Positions 8,949 to 18,331 of a DNA stretch of 64,000 bases are shown here, in pieces; position 1 is the first letter of the stretch; every line of letters begins with the position of its first letter. The DNA lies in contig CALWGY010000007.1 of NCBI GenBank assembly GCA_944380265.1, forward strand, positions 230 through 64,229, given 5' to 3'. Under the pieces are notes generated by a model. The model saw only the letters and a list, made by a program, of their open reading frames with translations, was not told the DNA's origin and ran no database searches. The position numbers were made by a program, and so were the translations under genes. Source of the DNA: an uncultured Clostridia bacterium. GTDB taxonomy: Bacteria; Bacillota; Clostridia; Christensenellales; UBA1242.

Positions 8949-11093
8949 TTAGTTGTTGAACAAATAAATTATTTCTCCTTGAAATCTTATGTTCTTGTTT
9001 GTTACAAAATACTTTGAAATTAAACCAAAATTTAAAAAATCAAAACTTTTGTTTGTAAAAACATAATCATACTGCAATTCTTCAAATACAATGCTCATAA
9101 CTTGATTTTTTGAAACATCATCAGATAACATTAAAATTAAATTATTATTATGTTCAATTTTAAGAGCATAATCGTTGTTGTAATTAAAGTAATGTTTAAA
9201 TTTAACATCATCAATTTCAAAACTTTCGTCTGTAAAACTAACATATGCAAATTTGTTAAAGCCACTAAACATTCTGCTTTCATAAATTGAATTTACAAAA
9301 ACCTTTTTAATGTCATAATTTTTTGACAACTCACTTATTAAGTTATAGTCCTTATTAGAAAAATTACTAATTACAACATAGTCAATTTTTCCAACATTTT
9401 TGTTGTTTAATTCTTTAACAACATTCTTTTGGGTTTCAACACCATTTAGCACCAAAATGGTGTTTAATTTTTCAGTTCCCAAAACCAAATAATTGCCACT
9501 TGATGTGTAGGAAGTTGTATAAAAACTTTCATCAGTTTTTGTTGGAATGTTAATTATGGCAGCGCCTGAAACAATAACCAAAATTATAACGCAAGAAACT
9601 ATTGCTTTAAATTTTAAGTTTGCAAGCGCATAACCAATAAAGTAAATTAAGAATAGCGATAACGCAACCAGCAAATAACTAAACTTAAACACTTTAAAGT
9701 TTAAAAAATTAATTTCAGCAAACATGTTTGCAAGCAACTTAACAAAATGCAACAGCAAGTTTGGAACAATTAACAAATAGTTAATAAAAGGCAAAATTAA
9801 ACCTAAAAACGAAATAACAAATAATATGTTAAAACAAACTGAAAATAGTGGCAAAACAATCAAATTTGAAAACACCGAAATAAAATTTATTTCATTAAAA
9901 CTTTGTGCCGTAACACACATTATTCCAAGGTTAACAGAAAGCGACACTGCAAGCGAACTAGACAACGCATTTGGACATTTAATTTTTTTAAGCATCTGCT
10001 TAATTGGTCTAGACAAAGTTATAATTGAAAGGACACAAACAAAACTTAACTGAAAGCCAACAGAATAAATGTATAATGGATTAATTAACAAAACAATTAT
10101 TGCCGAAAGTGATAATGAGTTTAGTGCATCATATTGTTTTCCATAACTTTTTGAAATTATTAGCACCATGCTCATAATCATGGCTCTTAAAACACTTGGT
10201 GTGAAATTGCACAAATAAGCGTACAACAACAAAATTAAAAATATTATTATGTTTGAAACATTTTTGTTGCACTTAATCAACTTAAAAAATGCCACCAACA
10301 TTGCAACTAAAAACCCAACATGCAAACCAGAAACTGCCAAAATGTGTGCAAGCCCAGAAAACTTGAAAACATCATAGGTGCTTGCCGACATGTTTTCTTT
10401 TTCACCAAACAAAACTGAATATGCAACAGATGCATTTGTTCCATTTAAAAATTTATCTAAATTATTTTTTATTGACTTTTTAACAACATCTTTAAACATT
10501 AAATTTGTTTCAAGCACAGTTACTTCTTCTAAATTTGCTGTGCTTTTAAAATTGATGTTATTAATTAAATAGTTAATGTTATCAAAGTTGTTTTCCACAA
10601 CAACCAAGTTAATGTTTGCACTAATTTTGCATCCTGACAATATTTTTTCATTAACACTACCATCATAATTAAACAAAACCAGTTCCAAATTTCCACTTGT
10701 CTTTTCACCGTTAAAACTTAAATTCTTAACGTTCACAACTGTTCTATTATCATAGTTTTTAACCGAGTCCACCACTCCACACATTTCAACATCTGCACTA
10801 GTTAAGTTGTTAGTTGGATTAATTGAAACCAAACCGCCAATCATTCCAACAACCGAAAATACTAAAATTAAAACACACAAAACAAAATGTTTTGCACTTT
10901 TATTTTTAAAATTAATAAAAATGCAAACAGAAAGCAAAACAACAAGTGCTGTAACAAACAAAATTAGCAAAACCAAATTAAAAACAGTTTTACCTAAAAC
11001 ATAGTTTGTTACAACAACTATTCCAACTATTAAACTTATTGCACATAATAAAATTGGTCTTAGGTTAAATATTTTTTTCATTTGTAATTTCAA
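8949..11093 (-). CDS. comEC: ComEC/Rec2 competence protein
   Basis: SGLAHILAVSGLHVG, PSVLRAMIM, GFQLSF, NLIVLP; degenerate C-terminal MBL-like region. Confidence 0.92.
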   Translation of the reverse strand: MKLQMKKIFNLRPILLCAISLIVGIVVVTNYVLGKTVFNLVLLILFVTALVVLLSVCIFINFKNKSAKHFVLCVLILVFSVVGMIGGLVSINPTNNLTSADVEMCGVVDSVKNYDNRTVVNVKNLSFNGEKTSGNLELVLFNYDGSVNEKILSGCKISANINLVVVENNFDNINYLINNINFKSTANLEEVTVLETNLMFKDVVKKSIKNNLDKFLNGTNASVAYSVLFGEKENMSASTYDVFKFSGLAHILAVSGLHVGFLVAMLVAFFKLIKCNKNVSNIIIFLILLLYAYLCNFTPSVLRAMIMSMVLIISKSYGKQYDALNSLSLSAIIVLLINPLYIYSVGFQLSFVCVLSIITLSRPIKQMLKKIKCPNALSSSLAVSLSVNLGIMCVTAQSFNEINFISVFSNLIVLPLFSVCFNILFVISFLGLILPFINYLLIVPNLLLHFVKLLANMFAEINFLNFKVFKFSYLLVALSLFLIYFIGYALANLKFKAIVSCVIILVIVSGAAIINIPTKTDESFYTTSYTSSGNYLVLGTEKLNTILVLNGVETQKNVVKELNNKNVGKIDYVVISNFSNKDYNLISELSKNYDIKKVFVNSIYESRMFSGFNKFAYVSFTDESFEIDDVKFKHYFNYNNDYALKIEHNNNLILMLSDDVSKNQVMSIVFEELQYDYVFTNKSFDFLNFGLISKYFVTNKNIRFQGEIIYLFNN

Positions 11094-11205
11094 CGTTTAA
11101 AGTATAGCAAAAACATTTTACTTTAAAAAATTATTTAAACAAATTTAAGAATAATTTAATTTTTAATACAAAAAATAAAACAAAGTAAATTTAGGAGATG
11201 ATATT

Positions 11206-11379
11206 ATGGGAACAAATAATATTTGCCGTTGTAACACAACACAACCACAAGGAGAATATGTTTGCTGCAATTGTGGAACACACATTGAACTAGACAAACT
11301 AAGCACACTTCCCGCTTGCCCAACTTGTGGAAACGACACATTCACAAAAAACAATTCCGACGTTTTTTTCATAGAATAA
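11206..11379 (+). CDS. Small zinc-ribbon protein (57 aa, not in ORF track)
   Basis: Own translation MGTNNICRCNTTQPQGEYVCCNCGTHIELDKLSTLPACPTCGNDTFTKNNSDVFFIE*; AGGAG RBS; two CxxC pairs. Confidence 0.8.
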   Translation: MGTNNICRCNTTQPQGEYVCCNCGTHIELDKLSTLPACPTCGNDTFTKNNSDVFFIE

Positions 11380-11702
11380 AATTTATGATTTAAAAAAATT
11401 TTAAGCGTTGTTATTTGTGCCATTAAACATTATAATTTATTCTTAAAGTTGTTTTTAAATTAAAAAATTTAAAAAGGCAAAAGTGAACAATTTTTAATTT
11501 ATTAAATTTTAAACAGCAAAAAAATAAAAGAGAAAAAACTCTTTTATTTTTTGTTTTAATTTTATGGCATTAAATTTTACATTTTAAATTTTTATGTTTT
11601 GTTTTTTTTTACGTTATTTTAAATTTTAATTATTTTTATGTTTCACTTCAACTGCTTAAATTTTTTATGTTAAAGTTCAAATTTTTATTGTGTTAAAAGT
11701 TA

Positions 11703-13979
11703 TTAATAATAGCACGCTTCAAAAACATCATTTAAAACATCGGAATAAACTCGTTTGTTAATGCTTCCAATTTCTTCTGGTGTTGTGCCAGACAAAACAA
11801 ACTTATTGTTAACCACTTGCACCAAATTTAGGTTATAAAACTTAATGTTTCCAATAACGCTAACATTTTTTGTTGATAGTTTTATAAGTTCAATTTTAAC
11901 AAGTAAATTTTCGTGTGGAATTGCCTTATAATAATAAACATCTTCCCCCACACTCATTTTATAACCAAACGCCCTAATTTTAGAATTAAAATTAATTTCG
12001 TTAATTGCAATACCATTAAACTCGTTACATAGTGTGTTTGAATAGTTATAATTGTTAGCAATAAAAACTTGTTTGTTAATTTGTTTGAATGGTTCAAACT
12101 TGTGCTTAGGCAATTTTTCTTGTTCAATTTCAACTGGATGAATTAATGCAACTTTAACATCTTCGGTTTCCATTGCAATTTCGTTTAAGTTAACATAAAC
12201 ATTTTTTAATGTATCTTTTTCGTAGCCACCCCAAATTAATGTGCTAGCAATTTTTTTCAAAATTGGATTTGATAATATGTTTGCTTTAAATGTTGCAATG
12301 CTCCAATATCTTTTTGTTTGATATGCTTCTTTAAATTTGTCAATTTGATGGCGGATTTCGTTTGTTAACTCATTAAAATATTTTAAAGCATCGGCAGTGT
12401 CAACAAAATTTGGATTTCCCAAATTAACATAACTTTGTGTTGTCATGTTTTTAACTTTAACAGTTAAATTATCATCAATTTCAAACAGCAAATTGTCACC
12501 ATTGCAAACAATTTGTTTGGCTCCATTTTCGCTAAGCCCAAAATTGCTTACCATTTCATCTAAATAATCAAGTGCCGAAATAGAATTGTTTTTTGCTAAA
12601 ATTTCCAAAAAGTTGTAGTAAATTTTTTTGTTGTTGCTTTCCATGTAAAGTTGTTTAATTAAACTTACAACTTTTGGAACATTGGTTTCCACCAAACAAC
12701 CCAAAACAAAATTGCTAAGTTCAGTGTTTCCAAGACAAGTTGGAGTTAAATCCACCAAATCGGAAACAACAAAATCGGAACAAAGTGTGCAAATTAAAGC
12801 CACAATCCATTTGTTATCCCATGTTATTTTGTTTTCTAAACTTGCAAACAAATTTTTACCCAAATTGTTAAGTTCGTTTTCTGGGAAAAAATCTTTTAAA
12901 TAAGCGTACTTTTTAATAACAAGTGGAGAAGATATGTTTTTAAAAATGTTAAAAATGTAGGTTAACACTTTGTCACTAACCTTAACACCATTTTTAAAAT
13001 ATGTTAAAAACTTTGTGCTAATTCCAACTTCTGTTTCAATTTCTAGGTTAAGGTCAACAAAATCAATAAAGTCTTTAATTGTTTCAAACTTAATGTTTTT
13101 GCTTAGTTCAATTTCATCTTTTAAAATGTTTTTTAGTTCTTCATCTTTAATTTGATTATAAAGTTCTGGCAAAGTGTTTTTAACATCTTGCGAAAAGGTT
13201 AAATAAAAATTTAGTGCAATTTTTTGTTTTTCGCCTGATTGTTTTAAAATGTAGGATTTAAGTTCGCTAAGCCCAACTTGTTTGTTCGCCAAAAACACTT
13301 CATAAAGTTCATCTTTACTAAAATAATTTCCAGTAACCAAATTTTCGATTATGCGTTGTGCCCCTTTGTTTGAAAACAAATCAACATAAATTAAATATCC
13401 TTGCTTATAGTTTTCTTCAGTGTTTATATAATTTAAATAACTTGCTTCGTTGTTTGAAATAATTCCTTTCAAAAATTCTTTTGCTGGTCTTAAAAATTTG
13501 TTGCATGGTTCGTTTGGTTTAGAACTGTAAATATAAAACAAAAATGGAATAATTTTAAAGTTGTCAATTTCACTATACTTAACCGCTTCAATAAACCTGT
13601 CAAAATATCTTTCATTAAAATCATAGGAGGCATCTTTGCTAACATAACTAACATCGCCAATATGGTTAACAAATGTACGTGAGAAAAATTTTGCAATGTC
13701 GTTAAAGTGTTCGGTGTTAATTAACATGTTTAAAATGTAACTTAAATAAAATTTATAATCTTTTAACTGAAACAACATGTCGGCAATTTCAAACAAGTCT
13801 TGTTCAACAAAATTAATATTTTTAATTTTTTCACAAACACTTTTGTTGTTTGGCACATTAAAAGTGAAATTAATTAAGTCATCACCAATTAAATTAATTT
13901 CTTCATAACCAAGTTTTGCATTTGTAAAAATTTCTAAAATTGATTTGTTAATTGTTTCTTTTGTAATAAAATATGGCAT
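11703..13979 (-). CDS. DUF4132-domain protein
   Basis: C-terminal motifs NFGLSENG, RYWSIATFKANILSNPILKKIASTLIWG, LIHPVEI, PFKQINKQVF. Confidence 0.7.
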   Translation of the reverse strand: MPYFITKETINKSILEIFTNAKLGYEEINLIGDDLINFTFNVPNNKSVCEKIKNINFVEQDLFEIADMLFQLKDYKFYLSYILNMLINTEHFNDIAKFFSRTFVNHIGDVSYVSKDASYDFNERYFDRFIEAVKYSEIDNFKIIPFLFYIYSSKPNEPCNKFLRPAKEFLKGIISNNEASYLNYINTEENYKQGYLIYVDLFSNKGAQRIIENLVTGNYFSKDELYEVFLANKQVGLSELKSYILKQSGEKQKIALNFYLTFSQDVKNTLPELYNQIKDEELKNILKDEIELSKNIKFETIKDFIDFVDLNLEIETEVGISTKFLTYFKNGVKVSDKVLTYIFNIFKNISSPLVIKKYAYLKDFFPENELNNLGKNLFASLENKITWDNKWIVALICTLCSDFVVSDLVDLTPTCLGNTELSNFVLGCLVETNVPKVVSLIKQLYMESNNKKIYYNFLEILAKNNSISALDYLDEMVSNFGLSENGAKQIVCNGDNLLFEIDDNLTVKVKNMTTQSYVNLGNPNFVDTADALKYFNELTNEIRHQIDKFKEAYQTKRYWSIATFKANILSNPILKKIASTLIWGGYEKDTLKNVYVNLNEIAMETEDVKVALIHPVEIEQEKLPKHKFEPFKQINKQVFIANNYNYSNTLCNEFNGIAINEINFNSKIRAFGYKMSVGEDVYYYKAIPHENLLVKIELIKLSTKNVSVIGNIKFYNLNLVQVVNNKFVLSGTTPEEIGSINKRVYSDVLNDVFEACYY

Positions 13980-14183
13980 TAAATTTCACCCCATAAATAA
14001 CTTTTACAATACAATTTTATCACACACTAAAAATTTTAAAAACAAAAATGCTTATTTAAAACAAAATAAGAACACCAAAATTTGTGTTCTTACTCTTTTT
14101 TTAATGCTTTCTTTTTTATTGTGTTCTTACTTTTTAAGTTTTTACACTTAATAAATTCTTACTTTAAATGTATTATTATTTTT

Positions 14184-15008
14184 TTAATATTCAATTTTAG
14201 AATTTGAATCAATTAGTTTAATAACTTCCGCTTCTGTTACAACCTTAACAACTTTGTTGTTGTCATCTAGCAAATAAAACAAAGTGAAGTTTGATGAATT
14301 AATGTGTTTTATAATTTTATAAATTGGCGTGTTTTTGTTGATGGCATAACTTTTTATTTGCATAGGCTTTGTTACTTGTTTAGAAAAGTTTTCGACATAT
14401 GTGCGTTCAAAATATATGTTTGCATCATTCCCAAAACATGAAGTAAACAAAAATATTGAAACAAAAAAGAAAGTTAAATTAACACCATAAAAAACAGAAA
14501 CAACAAATAAAACTGCAAATATAAAACTGAAAACAAAACCTAAAATTTTCATAATTTTATATGCAATAATTCTTTTTTCCTTGTGCAAAAACACACATAT
14601 TAGCACCCTTCCACCATCAAGTGGAAACACTGGAACCAAATTAAAAATTGCAAGAGCCAAGTTTGAAAGAACAAACATTTGTGTGTATGCATAAGTTATT
14701 GGAAATGCCCACCAAACTGCAACACACCAAACCACCAAAATTAAGTTAAGCACGGGGCCGGCAAGTGCAATAATGATTTCATGCTTAGGATTTATTATTT
14801 GGTTCTTTCCGCCCAAACCTGCACCATATGGCATAAACACAACCTTATTTAGCGTGTAACCCAACTTTTTTGCCACAAAATAGTGTGCATATTCGTGCAA
14901 GCACAAAACAACAAAATAAACAACAAATTGTTCTAGCCAACCAAAATATATTAAAACAAAGGCTAGCAAAATGAATAATGGATGAAACTTTATTGAGAAT
15001 TTTCCCAT
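14184..15008 (-). CDS. spoIVFB: Stage IV sporulation protein FB, M50 intramembrane metalloprotease
   Basis: HEYAH, IALAGPVLN, FNLVPVFPLDGGR; follows a spoIVFA-like gene and minDE. Confidence 0.85.
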   Translation of the reverse strand: MGKFSIKFHPLFILLAFVLIYFGWLEQFVVYFVVLCLHEYAHYFVAKKLGYTLNKVVFMPYGAGLGGKNQIINPKHEIIIALAGPVLNLILVVWCVAVWWAFPITYAYTQMFVLSNLALAIFNLVPVFPLDGGRVLICVFLHKEKRIIAYKIMKILGFVFSFIFAVLFVVSVFYGVNLTFFFVSIFLFTSCFGNDANIYFERTYVENFSKQVTKPMQIKSYAINKNTPIYKIIKHINSSNFTLFYLLDDNNKVVKVVTEAEVIKLIDSNSKIEY

Positions 15009-15610
15009 AATATTTGATTCTTATCTAACGTTATGTTTGTTTGTTTTATGCCATCAACATAAACGGAAAATCTAACCACTTCGCCAACAGTTGCAGTTGC
15101 AATATCTTTACCTTTTGCAACCACTTCACCCAAAACCACACCTAATATGCCAATGTTTTCAATTCTGGAAAAAATGTTTCCACTGTGTGCAATTTCAATA
15201 TATTTTTCACCACTTGGCAAAACGCCAACTGCTTTAACAATTCCATCTTCTGGCGAAAGCACCATAATGCTTGCATCAATTGTGTAATGCAATTCTCCAT
15301 TAACGCTTTCAACCTTACTGCTTTTTATTGGAGTTGACAGTTTAAGTGTTTTTTTGTTGGTGTTGCTAGAAAATTTGCCAGTAAAAATTATTCCACCAGA
15401 ATCGTTAAACAAAGAATTTATGGGTGCATAAATTTGCGAGCATAAACTTGCATATCCATTAAAAACATTAACATATTTAATCATGCAGCAACTAAGCATT
15501 AAAACAACTAATGCCACACCACTAAATAAAAAATTTTTTCTTGTTTGCTTTTTTATGTAAACATGCTTAATTTTATTTTGCGAAATGCCACTAACCTTTA
15601 AGTTTTTCAT
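14990..15610 (-). CDS. spoIVFA: SpoIVFA-like protein (N-terminal TM + degenerate M23 domain)
   Basis: VLSPEDGIVKAVG...YIEIAH...GEVVAKGKDIA M23-like pattern; overlaps the spoIVFB start. Confidence 0.7.
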   Translation of the reverse strand: MKNLKVSGISQNKIKHVYIKKQTRKNFLFSGVALVVLMLSCCMIKYVNVFNGYASLCSQIYAPINSLFNDSGGIIFTGKFSSNTNKKTLKLSTPIKSSKVESVNGELHYTIDASIMVLSPEDGIVKAVGVLPSGEKYIEIAHSGNIFSRIENIGILGVVLGEVVAKGKDIATATVGEVVRFSVYVDGIKQTNITLDKNQILWENSQ

Positions 15611-15672
15611 ATTACCTCGTTTTAATATTCTACAAAATAATATGACAAAATTTTTAACAATATTACAATTTA

Positions 15673-15912
15673 TTATTCAACAATTGCCCCCAAGTTTTTC
15701 AATCTTCTAACCTTTGCATATGCATTAAAAACAAAAAAACCATATTCATCAATTGTTATTGTAACATCCAAATCGTTACTGTTAATTTCCATATAATTTT
15801 TAATTGTATTTAACAAATCACTTTTTAAAACGTTAATAATTCTAAGTGGGTTTTCTTCCTTATCAGCAACCAAAATTTGTTTTAATCTTGCTTCACTTTT
15901 AACCAGTTCCAT
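15673..15912 (-). CDS. minE: Cell division topological specificity factor MinE
   Basis: ARLKQILVADK, LKSDLLNTIKNYMEI; immediately after minD. Confidence 0.8.
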   Translation of the reverse strand: MELVKSEARLKQILVADKEENPLRIINVLKSDLLNTIKNYMEINSNDLDVTITIDEYGFFVFNAYAKVRRLKNLGAIVE

Positions 15913-15913
15913 T

Positions 15914-16708
15914 TCACACCAACTTTCTAATTTTTTTTCTTAATCCACCAATTATGCCCTTATATTTTTTTGTGCAATCAAAAAAATTTCGTTCGCCATT
16001 ATGTATGTTTTTTGCAATGTAAATAAATGCTTCATATGCCACACTGTTTTTGCTAACTGCTCCACCAGTGTTAAGTGCCAAACTTATTCCATCATCGTCT
16101 GGCACAACTCCAATTAAGTCGGCATTCAAATATTCTTTAATTGTGTTTTCATTAAACATTTCGCCATTAACAATCAAATCGCCCCTAACACGGTTAATTA
16201 AAATTTTTACAGAATTTAGGTTGTAACTGTTAAGAAGTGTTAACACCTTGTCGGCATCTCTAATTGCTGAAATGTGCGGAGTTGTTACAACAATTGCTTC
16301 ATCAGCACACTTAACCGCCCTATGAAAACCAACTTCAATGCCTGCTGGACAATCAATTAAAATATAGTCAAACATGCTTTCAATTTGCGAAATAATAAAA
16401 TTTATTTGCTCGCTTGTTATGTTGAAATTGTTAACCGAGTGCACACTTGGCAAAACATAAAGTTGCGGATTAAAAAAATCTTGAATAAGTGCTTGTTTTG
16501 CCCGACACTTGCCTTTTAAAACATCAATAACATCATAAACAACTCTGTTTTCAACACCCATAACAACATCTAAATTGTTAAGCCCAAAATCAACATCTAA
16601 AATTAAAACTTTCAAATTTAAGTTGCTAAGTGCAACACCCAAATTGGTTGTTACGGTTGTTTTTCCAACTCCGCCTTTGCCTGATGTTATAACAATTTTT
16701 CTTGCCAT
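15914..16708 (-). CDS. minD: Septum site-determining ATPase MinD
   Basis: ITSGKGGVGKTT, DFGLNNLDVVMG, IDCPAGIE, AIRDADK. Confidence 0.95.
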   Translation of the reverse strand: MARKIVITSGKGGVGKTTVTTNLGVALSNLNLKVLILDVDFGLNNLDVVMGVENRVVYDVIDVLKGKCRAKQALIQDFFNPQLYVLPSVHSVNNFNITSEQINFIISQIESMFDYILIDCPAGIEVGFHRAVKCADEAIVVTTPHISAIRDADKVLTLLNSYNLNSVKILINRVRGDLIVNGEMFNENTIKEYLNADLIGVVPDDDGISLALNTGGAVSKNSVAYEAFIYIAKNIHNGERNFFDCTKKYKGIIGGLRKKIRKLV

Positions 16709-17043
16709 GTTTCACCTTAAATTTTTAAAATTAACATTTTAAGTTTAAGGTTATTTTTTTTGTGTGTAAAATTTTATGTTAAAATTTTTTTAAATTTGTT
16801 AAGTTGTGTTCCATATTTTTATTTTATTCTACAAATTGTGTGCTCTAATTTTGTTTTGGACAATGGTTAAAATTTTCATTTTTTATTTTAACAGCCATTT
16901 TTTTAACACATAATTAACCAAATAATAACTTAATTAATATTTTTGTTTATTTGTTATGTATTTTAAAAATTTGTTATTTATAAACTACTTATTATTTTTT
17001 TATTAAATTTTATTTACATAAAAAAAAGAGAGTTTAAACTCCC

Positions 17044-18066
17044 TTAACCTTTAAATTCTTTACAAATATTGTTAAGCAATGTTTGGTTGTTAAGCAAATT
17101 GCCCGCGCCCATAATAACACTGCTATCTGGGTCAACATCAACATAAACTGGCAAATTAAGAATTTTTGATAAATACTTATCAACCCCAGTTATGTTTGAA
17201 ACTCCACCACAAACATAAATTCCAAATTTGTTAATGTCTTGCAAAACTTCACTGCTACACATGTTTAAAAGTGTTTCACAGGAATCGGCAATTTTGTTAA
17301 ACGCCCCACAAATTATTGGCAAAATGTCGTTTGAAAAAATTCTAATTTCTTTTCGGTGCTTTGTATCATTTTCTAAACCCACAACATTAATTGAACTAAT
17401 ATCGTTTGACAAAAGCGAACCAATGCTGTTTTTTATTGTTTCAACGGTGTTATCGCCCAAAACAACTTGAAAATTTTCTTTAACAAAATCTGCAATGTTT
17501 GCATCAATTTGAACACCGCCAACATTAATTGTTGCGCCTCTAATTATGTGATTGTTGTTTATTATGGAAATATCCGTAACACCACCACCAACATTAACAA
17601 CCATATGTGAATTTGGGTCGTTTTCTTCAACTTCCATTCCAATTAACGCACAAACACCGCACGGAATTAATGCCGCAGATGTTATGTTTAATGCATATGC
17701 CAAATCTCTAATTTTGTTTTTTTCTTCTCTGGTTAAACCACAAGCGTGAATAAACACAACACGTTTTTTTGGTTTGCCAAAGCCACTTGGAGCAACTTTT
17801 TTCAAAAACTCTTTAAGCATTAATTTTGCAAGTTGAAAGTTTGCAATAACCCCTTCAACAATTGGAAAAAACACTTCAATGCTGTTGTTTGTTTTGCCAA
17901 TAAGTTTTTTGGCATCAATTCCAACGCATTTTACAACTTTTTTGTTGTTTACTGTTTCAATTGCAATGCAACTTGGTTCTTTTAGTGCAACGCCCAAACC
18001 AGCTGCATAAATAACTGTGTTGCTTGTTCCTAATTCAATTGCCAAATTAAACTGTGCCATGTTCAC
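17044..18066 (-). CDS. Divergent MreB/Mbl-like actin-family protein
   Basis: AIELGTSNT, EPSCIA, PIVEGVIANF, VNVGGGVTD, GIYVCGG; several catalytic residues altered. Confidence 0.8.
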   Translation of the reverse strand: MNMAQFNLAIELGTSNTVIYAAGLGVALKEPSCIAIETVNNKKVVKCVGIDAKKLIGKTNNSIEVFFPIVEGVIANFQLAKLMLKEFLKKVAPSGFGKPKKRVVFIHACGLTREEKNKIRDLAYALNITSAALIPCGVCALIGMEVEENDPNSHMVVNVGGGVTDISIINNNHIIRGATINVGGVQIDANIADFVKENFQVVLGDNTVETIKNSIGSLLSNDISSINVVGLENDTKHRKEIRIFSNDILPIICGAFNKIADSCETLLNMCSSEVLQDINKFGIYVCGGVSNITGVDKYLSKILNLPVYVDVDPDSSVIMGAGNLLNNQTLLNNICKEFKG

Positions 18067-18331
18067 CTCACTAAAACTTTAACATATTGTAGCAAATTTA
18101 TTAAATTTTAAAAAACAATTTTATTAAACATTATTGTTAATTATTATTTTTAGTTTATTTAAATGAATTTGAATAATTTTAAATCAAACAATATAACTAT
18201 TTTTTTTAATCAAAAAACTTAAACCTTGTAACACAAAACTCATTTTAAACAAAAAAATTATTAATTAGTTTAAATAAAACACAAAAAGCAAAAGGATATT
18301 AAATAAAAAAAGCAAAGAATTATCTTTGCTT

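Noticed and set aside
11163-11423. 86-aa minus-strand ORF
   Set aside because: Antisense to the zinc-ribbon gene, which has the RBS and motifs
16709-17043. minC or mreCD pseudogene remnant
   Set aside because: Extremely AT-rich with no recognisable coding remnant
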